Source of the DNA: Mobula hypostoma
Taxonomy: Eukaryota
DNA length: 64,000 nt
Assembly: GCF_963921235.1 (NCBI RefSeq)
Contig: NC_086108.1
Location: forward strand, 75,456,001-75,520,000
Reading direction: 5' to 3'
Part shown: in pieces, positions 39,716 to 52,145 of the stretch
How positions within the stretch are numbered: position 1 is the stretch's first letter
Layout of the letters: each line of letters opens with the position of its first letter
Translations under genes and position numbers: made by a program
Notes under the pieces: generated by a model
What the model was told of the DNA's origin: nothing
The model's input: only the letters and a program-made list of their open reading frames with translations
The model's database searches: none

Positions 39716-40228
39716 TTAGATTAGATTATGAGGACACTCAGTCCTCATTAATTGTCATTTAGAAATGCATGCATTAAGAAATGATACAATATTCCTCCAG
39801 AGTGATATCACAAAAAAACAAGGCAAACCGAAGACTAGCATTGACAAGAGCACATAATTGTAACATATAGTTACGACAGCGCAAAGCAATACCATAATTT
39901 GATAAAGAGCAGACCATGGGCACAGTAAAAAAAAAGTCTCAAAGTTCAGATCAACTCCTGATAGTCCCGATAGCAGGCGGCAAAAGGGAGAAACTCTCCC
40001 TGCCATAAACCTCCAGACGCTGACAATCGTCAATGTATTGGAAGCACCCGACCACAGCCATCTCTGAGTCCGTCCGAAAACTTCGAGCCTCCGACCAGCC
40101 CTCCGACACCAAACACCGAGCACCATCTCTGCCGAGTGCTTCGACCCCGTCCCGGTCGCTGAGCAACAAGCAAAACCGAGGACTCAGGGCCTTCCCTTCC
40201 GGAGATTCTGGATCACACAGTAGCAGGA
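39716..40228 (-). mobile_element. Young non-autonomous retroposon 3' fragment with (TCTAA)n tail
   Basis: CpG-rich body, Rex-type 3' terminal motif (AAATGACAAT) and microsatellite tail. No coding motif. Confidence 0.55.
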
Positions 40229-40550
40229 TTCAGGATAAAAAGTAAAATTTCAGGACAAGATTCATCAGGTTTTCAAAGTGACAAACAGTCAGGTTCAGCT
40301 TGACAGGGTGTCCAATGTAGTGCCCAGTCAAATTATCTCAATATTTATGTCAGTAGGCTGTGGTCTTCCCTACACTTGTCTACAGGAAATAAGGGCCCTT
40401 TCATTTTGTTGGACAGCCATACTGATAATATGAAAGAATCATAGGGTACAGAGAAATTGGGAGATACCTGGATATCATCACTGTACATCACATGGCTTTT
40501 AGCTATCTTCTGAAAATTATTGTGTGCCTGCTATTTCTCTTATAATCTGA

Positions 40551-41325
40551 TCATCATCATCATCATCAGGTGCCATGCCCAAATTGAGCTTTGACTGCCA
40601 TGGCCCACACACACCCGTTTCGGGTCAACTGGATCAATTCATTGGTATTCATTTCCAGTTCTCTGGCTTCTGTCTCCATCATCATTTGTCTTTATCTTCC
40701 TCTTGCTTTCTTCCCTTCAATCTTTCTCATAATTACCATGCATTCTAACTCCTCTTTCCTAATCACATGTCCAATGAAGTTACGTTGCCTTTTCATGATC
40801 TCATACATTATTTCTCTTTTTGTGCTTGCTCTGTTCATGACATCCTCGTTAGATATTCGTTTCATCCATGATATTCTTTGCATCCTCCTCAAAAACCACA
40901 TCTCTGCTGCTTCAATTCATTTCCTCATGTTACTAGATATTGTCCAACATTCTGAGCCATATAACATAAGTGGATAAACGTAACATTCCAGTGCTCTGAG
41001 GCAGGTTGTCATGCCTAGTTTAGTGTTGGTCGGTATACTCTTCATTCTCGTAAAGGTGTCTTTTGCCATCCCTATTCTTCTTTTGATGTCCATGTCGCAC
41101 CTGCCATCTGATCTCACCCAGCTTCCTAAGTAGCAGAAGTTCTGTACTTGTTTTATGTCTTCCCAGTTTATTCTCAGCCTGCAGATAGGATTCTCTTTCT
41201 TTTTGGATATCACCATACATTCTGTCTTTTTGCAATTGATAGTTAGACCCATTTTTGCACTTTCTTCAACAACTATATCAATTAAGTTTTGTAGTTCAAT
41301 TAACACAGTGTCATCCGCATATCTG
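40551..41325 (-). mobile_element. RTE-clade LINE 3' fragment
   Basis: RYADDTVLI, GLTINCKKTECM, FCYLGS, LYGSECWT, MWFLRRMQRISW and IEGKKARGR, with a (TGA)n tail. Confidence 0.92.
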
Positions 41326-43109
41326 AAATATAATCTGATAGGTGAGGATAAATAGAACTTGAGGTGCAGGATGGATATTAGAATAAGTGCAAACAATTAA
41401 GAATATATTTATGATTACACTTTAAAATGACCTAATGTTCTGACAACACAGCATAAGATCCTATGTTTTCCCACAGATAGTTTGTTTGTGAAACACATGT
41501 AAAAGATCAGTTATTCCCACCACAGATTCACATGCAATATATGAGTTCCTGTTAAATTCACATGAAACAATACAGAGCTGAGGTCATCGTGCTTCAAGAT
41601 GGTTATCCACAGCATTTTGCTGTAGGATAGATGATAGGAAACAAAATATTTTTCTCTTTGTGCTCAGTGAAGGTATTAAAATGTCTTAGGAAATGCATCT
41701 GCATGTCCTAGTGCCTCAATTTTACTCTTAAGAATCAATAGGAATATTACCACATTAAAGCTTCTTATTGGTATCATTCATAGGCCAAGATTCATTGTTA
41801 TGATTAAAAGCACATTAGTGTCAGTGGTTTCTCCTAGTTTTCAGGCACACATCCAGCAGTTTGGCTTGAGGGTGAACAACCACATCCTTAAATCCCCTAC
41901 ACCTTCATTTTCCATGCTCAAGGAGTCTTTCCATCAGACTTTGGATGATTGGATGGCCATTGACTTGGGCACGCTTCCTCCCTCCTGCAGCTTTGATTGA
42001 TTCAGAAACAACACCTCCATATTCTATGATACACTGAAAATAATGGTAGTTTGTGTTGTCTAGGTTATTCTGGCTATTGTCTCACTTTCTAACTACTTCC
42101 ACTCATCAAAGACCAGATAAACTTGTTTACAGCTCATCTCCATGGTTACCCTGGCTTTGCCCTATCAGAGATGTCGCTTCCCCTACCATCCTCGCAGCTT
42201 TACAAGCTTCTTCTATCACCCGTTCGTTTCTGATGAAGGGTCTCCAACTTGAAACATCTACTCTGTTTACTTTCCCATGAATGCAGCCGACCTCTTGAGT
42301 GTTTCTAACATTTTCTGTTTCTGTAGTGTATTAATGGGTATCCACAGTTTATTTTTAATTGTTAGAAATTTATCCGAGCTTTGAAGTTATAATTGGACAA
42401 GCAATCTTGAATTCCTGTGATATATCAAAATGTCTTATAAAGTTCTTCTTCTGATGAAGAAAGGTCTGAGCCCACAACATCGACTGTTCGTTCATTTCCG
42501 TGGATGCTGCCTGAACTCTTGAGTTCCTCCAGCACTTTTGTGGATGTTGCCCTGGATTTCCAGCATCTGAAGAATTTCATAAAGTTATTATAAAGTTATT
42601 TTGTTACTTCAACATTTACTCATCAAGAATATGTTTTTAAAGTCCTATGCTTCTATTCCTCAGATGAAAAATGTACTCTACAAGCTTATAATCCTAAAGT
42701 ATAGATAATGGATTTTCATGTCATCAGAAATATTAGATGCCTCGCACCGTGAATTGTTAGGGACTTCTACTGAACCTTTTGTTATTTAAACAACAGTATA
42801 CTTATCAAGTACTGCCAGAGGCACTTGCAGTTTCATAGATGTTAACTGACTTATGATCTGCAATTATGTACTTCACTTTCTCATTCATGCAATCTTCTGA
42901 ATTCAATACCAGAACAGTCATAAACTCATTCATATAAAATGGATTGCTGGGGGTTGTATTAAATAGGAAAATGAATATAAAGAGACCTATAAAAACACTA
43001 TAATTATAATTATGAGAAGTTTTATTTGCTTCTTTTTCATTGAGTAATCAGTTGCTTCGGAGGCATTTGCATCCATTTAAGGGGCGACTTGATAGATGAT
43101 GAGATGTAG

Positions 43110-43597
43110 AGGAAAATGTTTCCTGCTTGGCATTGCTGCCTGCTGCACCCGCAACAGTAGCCTTAGGTCATTGGCAGACCCTTCAACCAGGGGCCACTAT
43201 TAACTGATGTTTCACTCCTTAACCCTTGTACATTTCCTGGTTGTGGAGCAGTGGCAGGGGTGTCTCCCTGCCACACCCTGCAGCTTTCAATGGTGTTAGT
43301 CAGCCCCCAATTTCTGTCCTTTCTCCCTAGCCCTTTTCTGCCTCTTCAGCCAACTCTCTAGTGGCCCTCCTGAGACACTGTCATATCCCAGAGTAACCCT
43401 GCCATCGATGTGCCGGCAAAGCCCCAGCATGCTACCTCCACAGGGTAGATGATGGTCCTCCAGCCAGCTGCCAGGTCTGAGTACCTGCTTGTGGGCAGCC
43501 TCCACTCCTTACTCCCTTGGGATGGCTAACTCAATGAGGACTGTGTTGGTGGCCATGGACCAAGGTACTATGTCTGGGCGGAGAGATGCAGTGGTGT
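43110..43597 (-). mobile_element. HERO-like non-LTR retrotransposon 3' fragment with restriction-like endonuclease
   Basis: Frameshifted minus translation TTASLRPDIVPWS..VLIELAIPRE*GVEAAHK / RYSDLAAGWRTIIYPVEVACWGFAGTS..LL / RELAEEAEKG matches the PD-(D/E) RLE domain pattern of HERO elements. Confidence 0.85.
43174..43234 (-). ncRNA. Degenerate copy of the permuted hammerhead motif
   Basis: RNA AUGU-A-CAAGGG-(9 nt)-GAA-ACAU-(14 nt)-CCCUGG-UUGAAGG. Same strand order as 5180-5246 with different but pairing stems. The core has 2 substitutions. Confidence 0.45.
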
Positions 43598-43629
43598 GAC
43601 AAGATTATGAGTAGACAGAGCGGACAGCC

Positions 43630-44225
43630 AGCACCTCCTTTTTTTCAGAGTAGCAATGACAAATATGAGAGGACAACTTTTTAAGTGGAGGGAAGTTTAG
43701 GGGAGATTTCTTTTATTTATTTATTTATTGAGATACAATGCAGAATAGGCCCTTTCGGCCCATCGAGCTATGCCGCCCAGCAATCTCACGATTCCAGCCT
43801 AATCATGGAACAATTCACAATAACCAATGAACCTACCTATCGACACGTCTTTGGGAGGGAACCTGAGCACGCAGAAGAAACTCACGCAGTCACGAGAAGA
43901 CCGTACAAACTCCTTACAGGCAGCGACAGGAAGTGAACCCGGGTTACCTGTGCTGTAAAGCATTGTGCTAACCTCTGCATTACCATGCCACTCTGACGTC
44001 AGAGGTAGATTTTTTTTACACCGAATGATAAGTGTCTGGATGGTGGTACACACTGCTGGGGTGGCGATGGAAGCTGATAAAATTGGAACAATTAAGAAAT
44101 TCTTAGATAGACACATGAATGAAAGTAAAATTGAGGGTTATGGGCTAGGTAGGAGGGAAGGGTTTGATTGATTGTGGAGTAGGTTAAAAGGTGGGCACAA
44201 CATTGTGTTCTGTGTTATATGTTAT
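43630..44225 (+). mobile_element. CR1 3' end interrupted by an antisense tRNA-SINE (about 43710-43995)
   Basis: KFRG|DVRGRFFLHRMISVW..MEADKIGTIKKFLDRHM. The SINE has a reversed (AAAT)n tail. Confidence 0.75.
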
Positions 44226-44489
44226 ATCTATCCAGGAGAAATATTCAGCGGTCAGAAACTTCCGGAGTTGTTTACTGCTTTGGCTGTAAGCATTCAGTCA
44301 TGATTATATGGAAGACTGTGGTAAAGGCAGAATTTATTGATGAAATTTGCCATCTCCTTCAGTGTGTTTGCACAGACATTGGCTACCTGAAGAAAGAAAT
44401 CTTTGAATACCTGAATCTTAGACTCACAACAAAGAAAAGGATAGAATAAAACTTCATTGTCATTGCTCAAGACAAGATAGAGGTGCTAC

Positions 44490-45355
44490 TCCAGTCCATA
44501 CAAAACATGCAGTATGGTTTAATTTTTTTTTAAATCCCATAATTGCATGCAAGAAGTGATTGCTGGCACTTACCCTGTCTATACCTCCCCTTCCATATTT
44601 TGCATACCTCTATCAAATCTCCCATCATTCTCCTAACGCTCCAGAGAATAAAGTCATAACCTGTTCAACCATCCTCTATAATTCAGGTTCTCAAGTCCTT
44701 GCCACATCCTTGCAAATTCTATCTTCAAACTTCCAATCGTATTGATACCTTTCCAAAACTGCACACAATATCCCAAATATACAACCTCAACATAACATCT
44801 CAACTCTTGTAATCAATACTTTGATTCACGAAGTCCAATGTGCCAGAAGCTTTCTTTATGACCCTAACTACTTGTGATGCCACTTTCAAGGAATTATGGA
44901 TCTGTATTCCCAGACCCCTCTGTTCTACCACACTCCTCAATGACCTACTGCTCACTGTGTAAACCCTACCCTAGTATGTCCTCCAAAAAAGTAACACCTT
45001 TCACTTGTCTGCATTAAATTCCATCTGCCAATTTTCAGCCCATTTCCCCAGCTGATCCAGATCCCACTGCAAGTTTTGACAGCCTTCCTCACTGTCCGCT
45101 ACAGCCCAATCTTGGTGTCAGCTGCAAATTTTCTGATCCAGTTAACCAGATTATCTTCCAGATCTTTGATATAAATAACAAACAACAACAGACTCAGCAC
45201 TGATCCCTGCAGCACATCACTTGTTAGAGGCCTCCAGTCAGAGAGGCAACCACCTCCTATCACCCTCTGGCTTCTTTCACAAAGCCAATGCCTAATCCAA
45301 TTTATTACCTCATCCTGAATGCCTTCACGACCAACATCCCATGTGGGACCTTCTG
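44490..45355 (-). mobile_element. CR1 LINE RT to 3' fragment
   Basis: WIRHWL.ERSQRV...SDWRP.TSDV.QGSVL..LLFVIYI.DL...IRKFA.DTKIG. Confidence 0.88.
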
Positions 45356-46193
45356 GCACTTAAACATCTAAAACAGATAAAGGAATTAAAACCTGGAAAA
45401 GTATTTGTTGTCCTGAGTGTGTACTTTTCCCCAGGCTTTTTTCTACATCTGAGTGTGACAGTGTTCCTGAGTCTCCACCCCGGGACTTGTATGACTGACA
45501 GTAGTGAAAACTGGGAGGAAGCTACTGTCACGATGAAGGAAGCCCTGAAAACCGCCAAAGATGGAGGACCTTCATTGCTGTCCTAAACACCAACCTGTAA
45601 CAGGCAGTAAGGAAGTTACTTAGTGATAGTTCCTTAACCAGTGTTAGAGGTCAGGACAAGCAAAGGTTTGTACAGGGTCCTTCAACATCCAGCTGTTCAT
45701 GTCATTGCTCCTTTGGTAGTACTGATACTGTGGATTGTGCCTGAGTAAAAGTTGTGCTGGTCTATGTTATGATCAGCTGCAAGATCAGTTTTATAGAGTT
45801 TTCCCCTTGTTAGCAAACCTAATTTAATTAACCTTCACTATAATGATGCATTTTACTTAATTTAAATCATTGTTACTTACCTTTTTACTTTCCTTTAGTG
45901 AGGTTCAGTTCATTACAGCAAAGGGGGAGAACACATTTGGTGATTGCCTTTCAAACACAAACTGTGTCATATAGCCGTCTTCTTAGACAGGTCATTAGGA
46001 AGAAGACTACTAAATACACTAGAAAATTGAAGTAAGAAAAAAACTCTCTTGAGCATCTGCACTCTTTCATTTAGTGTGTCAAAGTATGCTTTTTTTGACT
46101 TATGACATCCTTACAAAGTGGAAATGAACAGTTTCAGACTTCTCTTTATCCACAGTAGCTATAATCTCCCACACAAGTTAAGGGTTTACTGTA

Positions 46194-46420
46194 TATTATT
46201 TTTCGTATCTCCAAAAACTAATTGAAAGAAAAACATGCGAGTCCGGACATAAACTTACCTTTTCTCCAGTGCACATCTGACCTGGTGGCGTAATGACATA
46301 TGCCATTCACTTCCCTTTATAAATAACCCATAATGAATAAGGCAAACAATCAAAAATGTTTAATCAAACAATATATTTACAATATTACTCAAATATTACT
46401 GAAATATTAAATGCACTACA
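46194..46420 (-). mobile_element. Short solo-LTR-like element with 5-bp TSD
   Basis: Direct repeat CTGTA at 46189-46193 and 46421-46425. Termini TATT (degenerate TGTT) and TACA. Confidence 0.55.
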
Positions 46421-46606
46421 CTGTACCTTCCATGACAGGAATTTTTGCATATCAATAAGTTCTTTGCTACCTGGAGAGAATTCTGTTAACATCATTTGAA
46501 TCTCCCTATGAATCACGTATTGTCATTTGGTCTGATGAGTATCTGTTTAATTTTCAGGGCAGTTTTTTCCATCTGGCTGATCTTGGTCAGCAATATCATG
46601 AACTAG

Positions 46607-47320
46607 AAACACTTCACCTGTGAGTCGGTTGGGGTGATGTACTGCTTCCGGTGCTCCCGATGTGGCCTTTTATATATTGGCGAGACCCGACGCGGACTGG
46701 GAGACCACTTTGCTGAACACCTACGCTCTGTCCGCCAGAGAAAGCAGGATCTCCCAGTGGCCACACATTTTAATTCCACATCCCATTCCCTTTCTGACAT
46801 GTCTATCCACGGCCTCCTCTACTGTAAAGATGAAGCCACACTCGGGTTGGAGGAACAACACCTTATATTCCGTCTGGGTAGCCTCCAACCTGATGGCATG
46901 AACATCGACTTCTCTAACTTCCGCTAATGCCCCACCTCCCCCTCGTACCCCATCTGTTACTTATTTTTATACACACATTCTTTCTCTCACTCTCCTTTTT
47001 CTCCCTCTGTAGTTCTGAATATACCCTTTGCCCATCCTCTGGGTCCCCCCCCACCTTGTCTTTCTTCCCTGACCTCCTGTCCCATGATCCTCTCATATCC
47101 CTTTTGCCTATCACCTGTCCAGCTCTTGACTCCATCCCTCCCCCTCCTGTCTTCTCCTATCATTTTGGATCTCCCCCTCCTCCTCCAACTTTCAAATCCC
47201 TTACTCACTCTTCCTTCAGTTAGTCCTGACGAAGGGTCTCGGCCTGAAACGTCGACTGCACCTCTTCCTAGAGATGCTGCCTGGCCTGCTGCGTTCACCA
47301 ACAACTTTTATGTGTGTAAC
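46607..47320 (+). mobile_element. Penelope-like element 3' fragment (GIY-YIG endonuclease, UTR, hammerhead)
   Basis: HFTCES.GVMYCFRCSRCGLLYIGETRR.L..HF.EH...PVATHFN...LEEQHLIFRLGSLQPDGMN, stop at 46927. Confidence 0.95.
47222..47257 (+). ncRNA. Minimal type I hammerhead ribozyme (Penelope-associated, dimer type)
   Basis: AGUC-CUGACGA-AGG-gucucgg-CCU-GAAAC-GUC-GACU. Stem III reduced to the palindrome ACGU. Predicted cleavage 3' of C47253. Confidence 0.85.
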
Positions 47321-49175
47321 TAGAAATCATTGTCATTTGCCATTTATGTGATTAATATACTCCTAATGTCACAAATTGTCTCTGCTACTAAAGAAAAGTG
47401 ATGTTACATTATACTTATTAATCTTGCATTAGTGTAGACATGCTGTAAGCTGAGCCTTCTCTGATTTTTCTCATATCTTTTAGGTATGTTCAAGTTTCTA
47501 AACCTCTAAACAAAGAATAACCAATTTTGGAGATATTGCGTACAAAGCAGTGCCTCATTTTTAAAATAAACAGGAAATAAATATATACGTACACGTTACT
47601 GGAACTCATGGAAGAAACATGGGTTGTACATCTTGTGTGTTTTTAACAGAGTAATCAAGTGAACATTTGATTAATCACTTTGGAATTCTGGGAAAAGTCA
47701 ACCAATTCCAAACAGCATCCCAAAAGAAAAGGTTTGTGGATAATTACCAGATACTGTCTTGAGAAGGCTTGTCTGACCAACAAGTCCCTGACAATTTAGA
47801 AATGAGATACTAACATTTGGCTCCCTCAATAATGCTAACGGTTCAAAATGATTCTCCGTCGCAAGTGGATGAAGAGCTCACTAAACCTTACACAAAGGAG
47901 AGACTCCTTCAATGCATATACCAGGACTCTAATTTTCTGATCTTTAAAAACAAAACAATCCACAGTCACAGCCATGAGTGCTTCAGTAGGCAATATTGTT
48001 TTGAGACATTTTTAAAAATCTATCAAACCTAAAATTGATGGACCCCAGACAGCAGACTCAGGTCACGAGTGCAGGTCCCCTTTAAGAAAACGGATATTGT
48101 ACTGGGCTGAGGTACAATGGAAATGCAGAGAACCCACTGCCAACAATCCTGCTGGCAAATCTACAGTCTCTAGAAAATAAAATTGAAGACCGCAGAACAA
48201 GATTGTAGTTGCAGAGGGACATCAGGGACTGCTGTGCACTTGGTTTTATTGGAACATGGCTCACCCCCCGCCATTTTGGACCCAGAGCTACAATCCTATG
48301 GCTTCGCCATTCTCTGCAAAGACAGGTCAGTTGAGTATTTTAAAGGTAGAGTGGGGGTCTATGCTTAATGGTGGCCAGCCATGCTCAGTCCTGATCACCC
48401 AACCTGGAGCATTTAGATGTCAAGTGTCGTCCATTTTATCTGCCAGGGGTTGTCCTGGTCATCGTGCAGATTACACCCCAGCCAACATCAGGAAAGCACT
48501 GAAGAACTGAGCACTGTGAGCAGCAGTCACAAAACAAAACACCCTGATGCCTTCCTGATCATTGTGGGGGATTTCAACCAGGCCAGCTTGAAGAAGTCTC
48601 TGAAATCTAATACCAACATATCACCTGTGGAACCAGAGGAGCCAACACACTTGACCACTGTTATACCACCATTAAGAATGCTTACTGTGCCATCCCACAC
48701 CTGCACTTTGAAAAGTCCAATCACCTGGCTGTACATCTACTCCCAGTGTACAGGCAGAGACTAAAAATCACAGCACCAGTAGTGAGGACTAAGAAGGAAT
48801 GGTCAAGGGAGACAGAGGAGTACTTACAGTACTGCTTTGATTTTGTAGGCTGGACAATATTCAGGATTCATCTTCGATCTGAATGAATCCACCACAGTTG
48901 CCACCGACTTCATTAAGACTTGTGTAGTTGAGTGTGTGCCTTTAAGAACAGACTGGACATACCCAAGCCAAAAGCCATGGATGATTCAGGAGATTTGTAG
49001 TCTGCTGAGGGTTAGATCTGTAGCATTCAAAACTCATGGTCCAGAACTGTACAAGAAGTCCAAGGACAACCAACAGAAGGCTATTTTGAGAGCGACAAAA
49101 TAATTTAAATTGAAGTTAGAGTTGGAATCAGACGCACATCAGCCCTGGCAGGGTTTGCAGGCCATTACTTCCTAC

Positions 49176-49462
49176 TGTGTTGGCGCGTGGCCAAGTGGTT
49201 ACGGCGTTGGTCTAGTGATCTGAATGTCGCTAGTTCGAGCCTCAGCTGAGGCAGCGTGTTGTGTCCTTGAGCAAAGCACTTAACCACCCATTGCTCTGCG
49301 ATGACACTGGTGCCAAGCTGTATGGGTCCTAGTGCCCTTCCCTTGGACAACATTGGTGGCGTGGAGAAGGGAGACTTGCAGCATGGGCCACTGCCAGTCT
49401 TCCATACAACCTTGCCCAGGCCTCAGTCAACAACAAAAATCATGGACAGCCGAAGAGAAGAA
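49176..49462 (+). mobile_element. tRNA-derived SINE with CORE-like domain
   Basis: Pol III A box TGGCCAAGTGG (49188-49198), B box GTTCGAGCC (49233-49241) and CORE-like GTGTCCTTGAGCAAAGCACTTAACC. TSD ACTTCC(T/C)AC at 49167-49175 and 49463-49471. Confidence 0.88.
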
Positions 49463-50570
49463 ACTTCCCACAAGGTGAAACCTCGTGTCATGAATGACTG
49501 AGATGCTTCACTCCCAGATGAGCAGAATACATTTTATGCAAGCTTTGAAAGGGAACCTGTGTGAATCCTTGCAGCATCTGCTGACCCTGCAATCTCTGTC
49601 CTGGAGGCCAATGTCAGAACATCTTTCATGAGAGTGAAGGCATCAGGCTCTGATGGCGTACCCGGAGGGCACTGAAAACCTATGCCAACCAACTGTTGCG
49701 GATGTTCTAGGACGTCTTCAATCCCTCACTGCTGCATTCAGAAATTCCCACCTGCTTCAAAAGGGCAACAATCGTACCAGTGCCCAAGAAGAACAGAATG
49801 AGCTGCCTCAGTGACTAACGCCCAGTTGCGCTCACATCTACAGTGATGAAATACTTTGAGAGGTTGGTCATGGCCAGAATCAATTCCTGCCTAAGCAAGG
49901 ACCTGGACCCGCTGCAACTTGCCTATCGCCACAACAGGTCTACAGCGGATACAATCTCATTGGCTTTCCACTCGGCCTTGGATCACTTGGACAACAGCAA
50001 AACCTATGTCAGGCTGCTGTTTATTGATTACAGCTCACCATTCAACCATTATACCCTCAGTACTAATAAACAAACTCCAAAACCTGGGCCTCTGTACTTC
50101 CCTCTGCAACAGGACCTTGACTTCCCCATTGGGAAACCGCAGTCAGTGCAGATCAGAAGTGACATCTTCTGCTCATTGACAATCAACAATGGCACACCTC
50201 AAGCCCACTGTTCTACCCTCCCACCACCCACTACTATATGGCTAGACACTGCTCAAAAACCATCTGTTAGTTTGCCAATGACACAACTATTGTTGGCAAA
50301 ATTTCAGATGGTGATGAGGAGGCATATAGAAGTGAGATAGATGAATTGGTTGAGTGGTGCCAAAACAACAACCTTGTACCCAACATCAGAAAGACCAAGG
50401 AAATGATTGTAGACTTCAGGAAGGGGAAGTCGAAGGACTACACACCAGTCCTCATTAAGGGATCAGCAGTGGAAAGTGTGAGCAGTTTCAAGTTCCATCT
50501 CTGAAGGTTTATCCTGAACCCAACATATTAATGTAATTGCAAAGAAGGCCCAACAGCGGCTATATTTCAT

Positions 50571-50707
50571 CTGTCTTGATGAATGGTCTCGGCCTGAAAC
50601 ATCAACTGTTTACTCTTTCCCATAGATGCTGCCTGGCCTGCTGAGTTTCTCCAGCATTTTGTGTGTCTTGCTTGGATTTCCAACATTTGCAGATTTTCTC
50701 ATGTTTT
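50571..50707 (+). mobile_element. Short Penelope-derived hammerhead unit inserted in Rex1
   Basis: GTC-TTGATGA-atggtctcggcct-GAAAC-ATC-AAC. 8-bp TSD TATTTCAT at 50563-50570 and 50708-50715. Confidence 0.8.
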
Positions 50708-51128
50708 TATTTCATTAGGAGTTTGGTATGTCACCAAATTTCTACAGATGTACCTTGTAGAGCAATCTAACTGGTTGCATCACCATCTGGTATGGAAGTG
50801 GGGGGTACTGCACAGGATTGGAAAAAGCTACAGGAAGTTGTAAACTCAGCCAGCTCCATCATGGGCACTAGCATTCCCAATATCGAGAACGTTCAAAAGG
50901 CAGCAGCCATCATTAAGGATAACCATCACCCAGGACATGCCCTTTTCTCATTACTTCCAAAAAGGACAAGATACAGGAGTTGGAAGACACACACGCTCAA
51001 AGTTTTAGAAATAGTTTCTTACGCTCCGCCATCAGATTTCTGAATGGGCAATGAATCCACGTACATTGCCTCAATAATTATTTTCTTTTCTTTTTGCTCA
51101 CTTTTTGCACTATTTATTTAATTATATG

Positions 51129-51347
51129 AGGTGGCTGGTGGCGTAGTGGCTTAGTGGCATCAGCGCCGGACTTCGGAGCGAAGGCTCCCAAGTTCGAATC
51201 CAGCTTTCCATCCATGCTGGGTTGAGCGTCAAGCTAGCAACTCGGCCTCAAAAAAATAAGAAAGCCTGCTAAAAAAAGTCCTGATGACAGCATCCCAATG
51301 ACTCCAATTGGAGTTAAGGGCTTTCTTCTTCTTCTTCTTCTTCTTCC
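51129..51347 (+). mobile_element. tRNA-derived SINE with RTE-like 3' end and (TTC)n tail
   Basis: A box TGGCGTAGTGG (tandemly duplicated) and B box GTTCGAATCC. 13-bp TSD ATTTAATTATATG at 51116-51128 and 51348-51360. Confidence 0.88.
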
Positions 51348-51384
51348 ATTTAATTATATGTATATACACATTTGTACATGTATA

Positions 51385-52145
51385 CAGGTTGAGTACCCTT
51401 TATCTGAAATTCCAAAATCTGAAAAACTCTGAAATCCGAAAATGTTCTGAGCACTGACATGATATCAGAAATTGAAAACTCCACCAGGCGTTGAGAAAGT
51501 TCCCAGGCAATAAGCGGATCGCTGCGCTCCACAGACAGTTCTGAGAAGTGACGTTATATACGTAATGAACAGAAGTTAATGACAAATAGAAAAGCACTGC
51601 ATAAAGCAAAAAATGAAGATCTTGATCATGTATTGAAAGAGACACTCAGTGTCAGAGTGAACGTATGCCACTTAACATGCTGGTCATAAAACAAGCAAAG
51701 ATCTATCATGCAAACTGAAAATTGAAGGTATTGTGAATATTCAGCTGGCTTGTTCCAGAAATTTAAGAAAAGGCACAGCATTAATTTTTTAAAGATGTGT
51801 GGTGATAAAACATTTGCTGATCATGAAGCTACAGAGAAATTCATTGATGAGTTTGCCAAGATCGTTGCTGATGAAAATCTAACACGCTGAATGGCTGTGT
51901 CAGTATGTGGTGAGCAAGTGTAGGACGAAAGACTGCTTACCAGGAACACATAAGTTCAGAGTCAGGAATGATGACGATGCTAAACAACCATTGGCTGGCC
52001 AAGGTATTGATAGCTTACCTTTCTGATGGTTCAATGTACACATTATTATTTCATTCACAAAAATTTTTAAAAATAACATATAAAACTGTCTTCAAGGTAT
52101 ACTGTATGTGAAATATAAGCTTGTATAACTATATGTCTTAGATCT
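51385..52145 (+). mobile_element. Tigger/pogo-family DNA transposon remnant
   Basis: TA followed by left TIR CAGGTTGAGTACCCTTTATCTGAAA. CENP-B-type HTH remnant RKALHKAKNEDLDHVL...KQAKIYH...FQKFKKRHSI..LKMCGDK...DENLT. Right TIR not found. Confidence 0.85.

Larger units (their letters stand above)
48060..51128 (+). mobile_element. Near full-length but decayed Rex1/Babar LINE hosting several insertions
   Basis: EN motifs LPTILLANLQSLENK and IVGDFNQASL. RT motifs MKYFERLV, LDPLQLAY and RLLFIDYSS. Family 3' UTR present. Confidence 0.9.

Noticed and set aside
49176..49250. tRNA gene
   Set aside because: A and B boxes continue into a CORE-like SINE body with a tail and TSD, so this is a SINE head. 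The same applies to 51129-51205.
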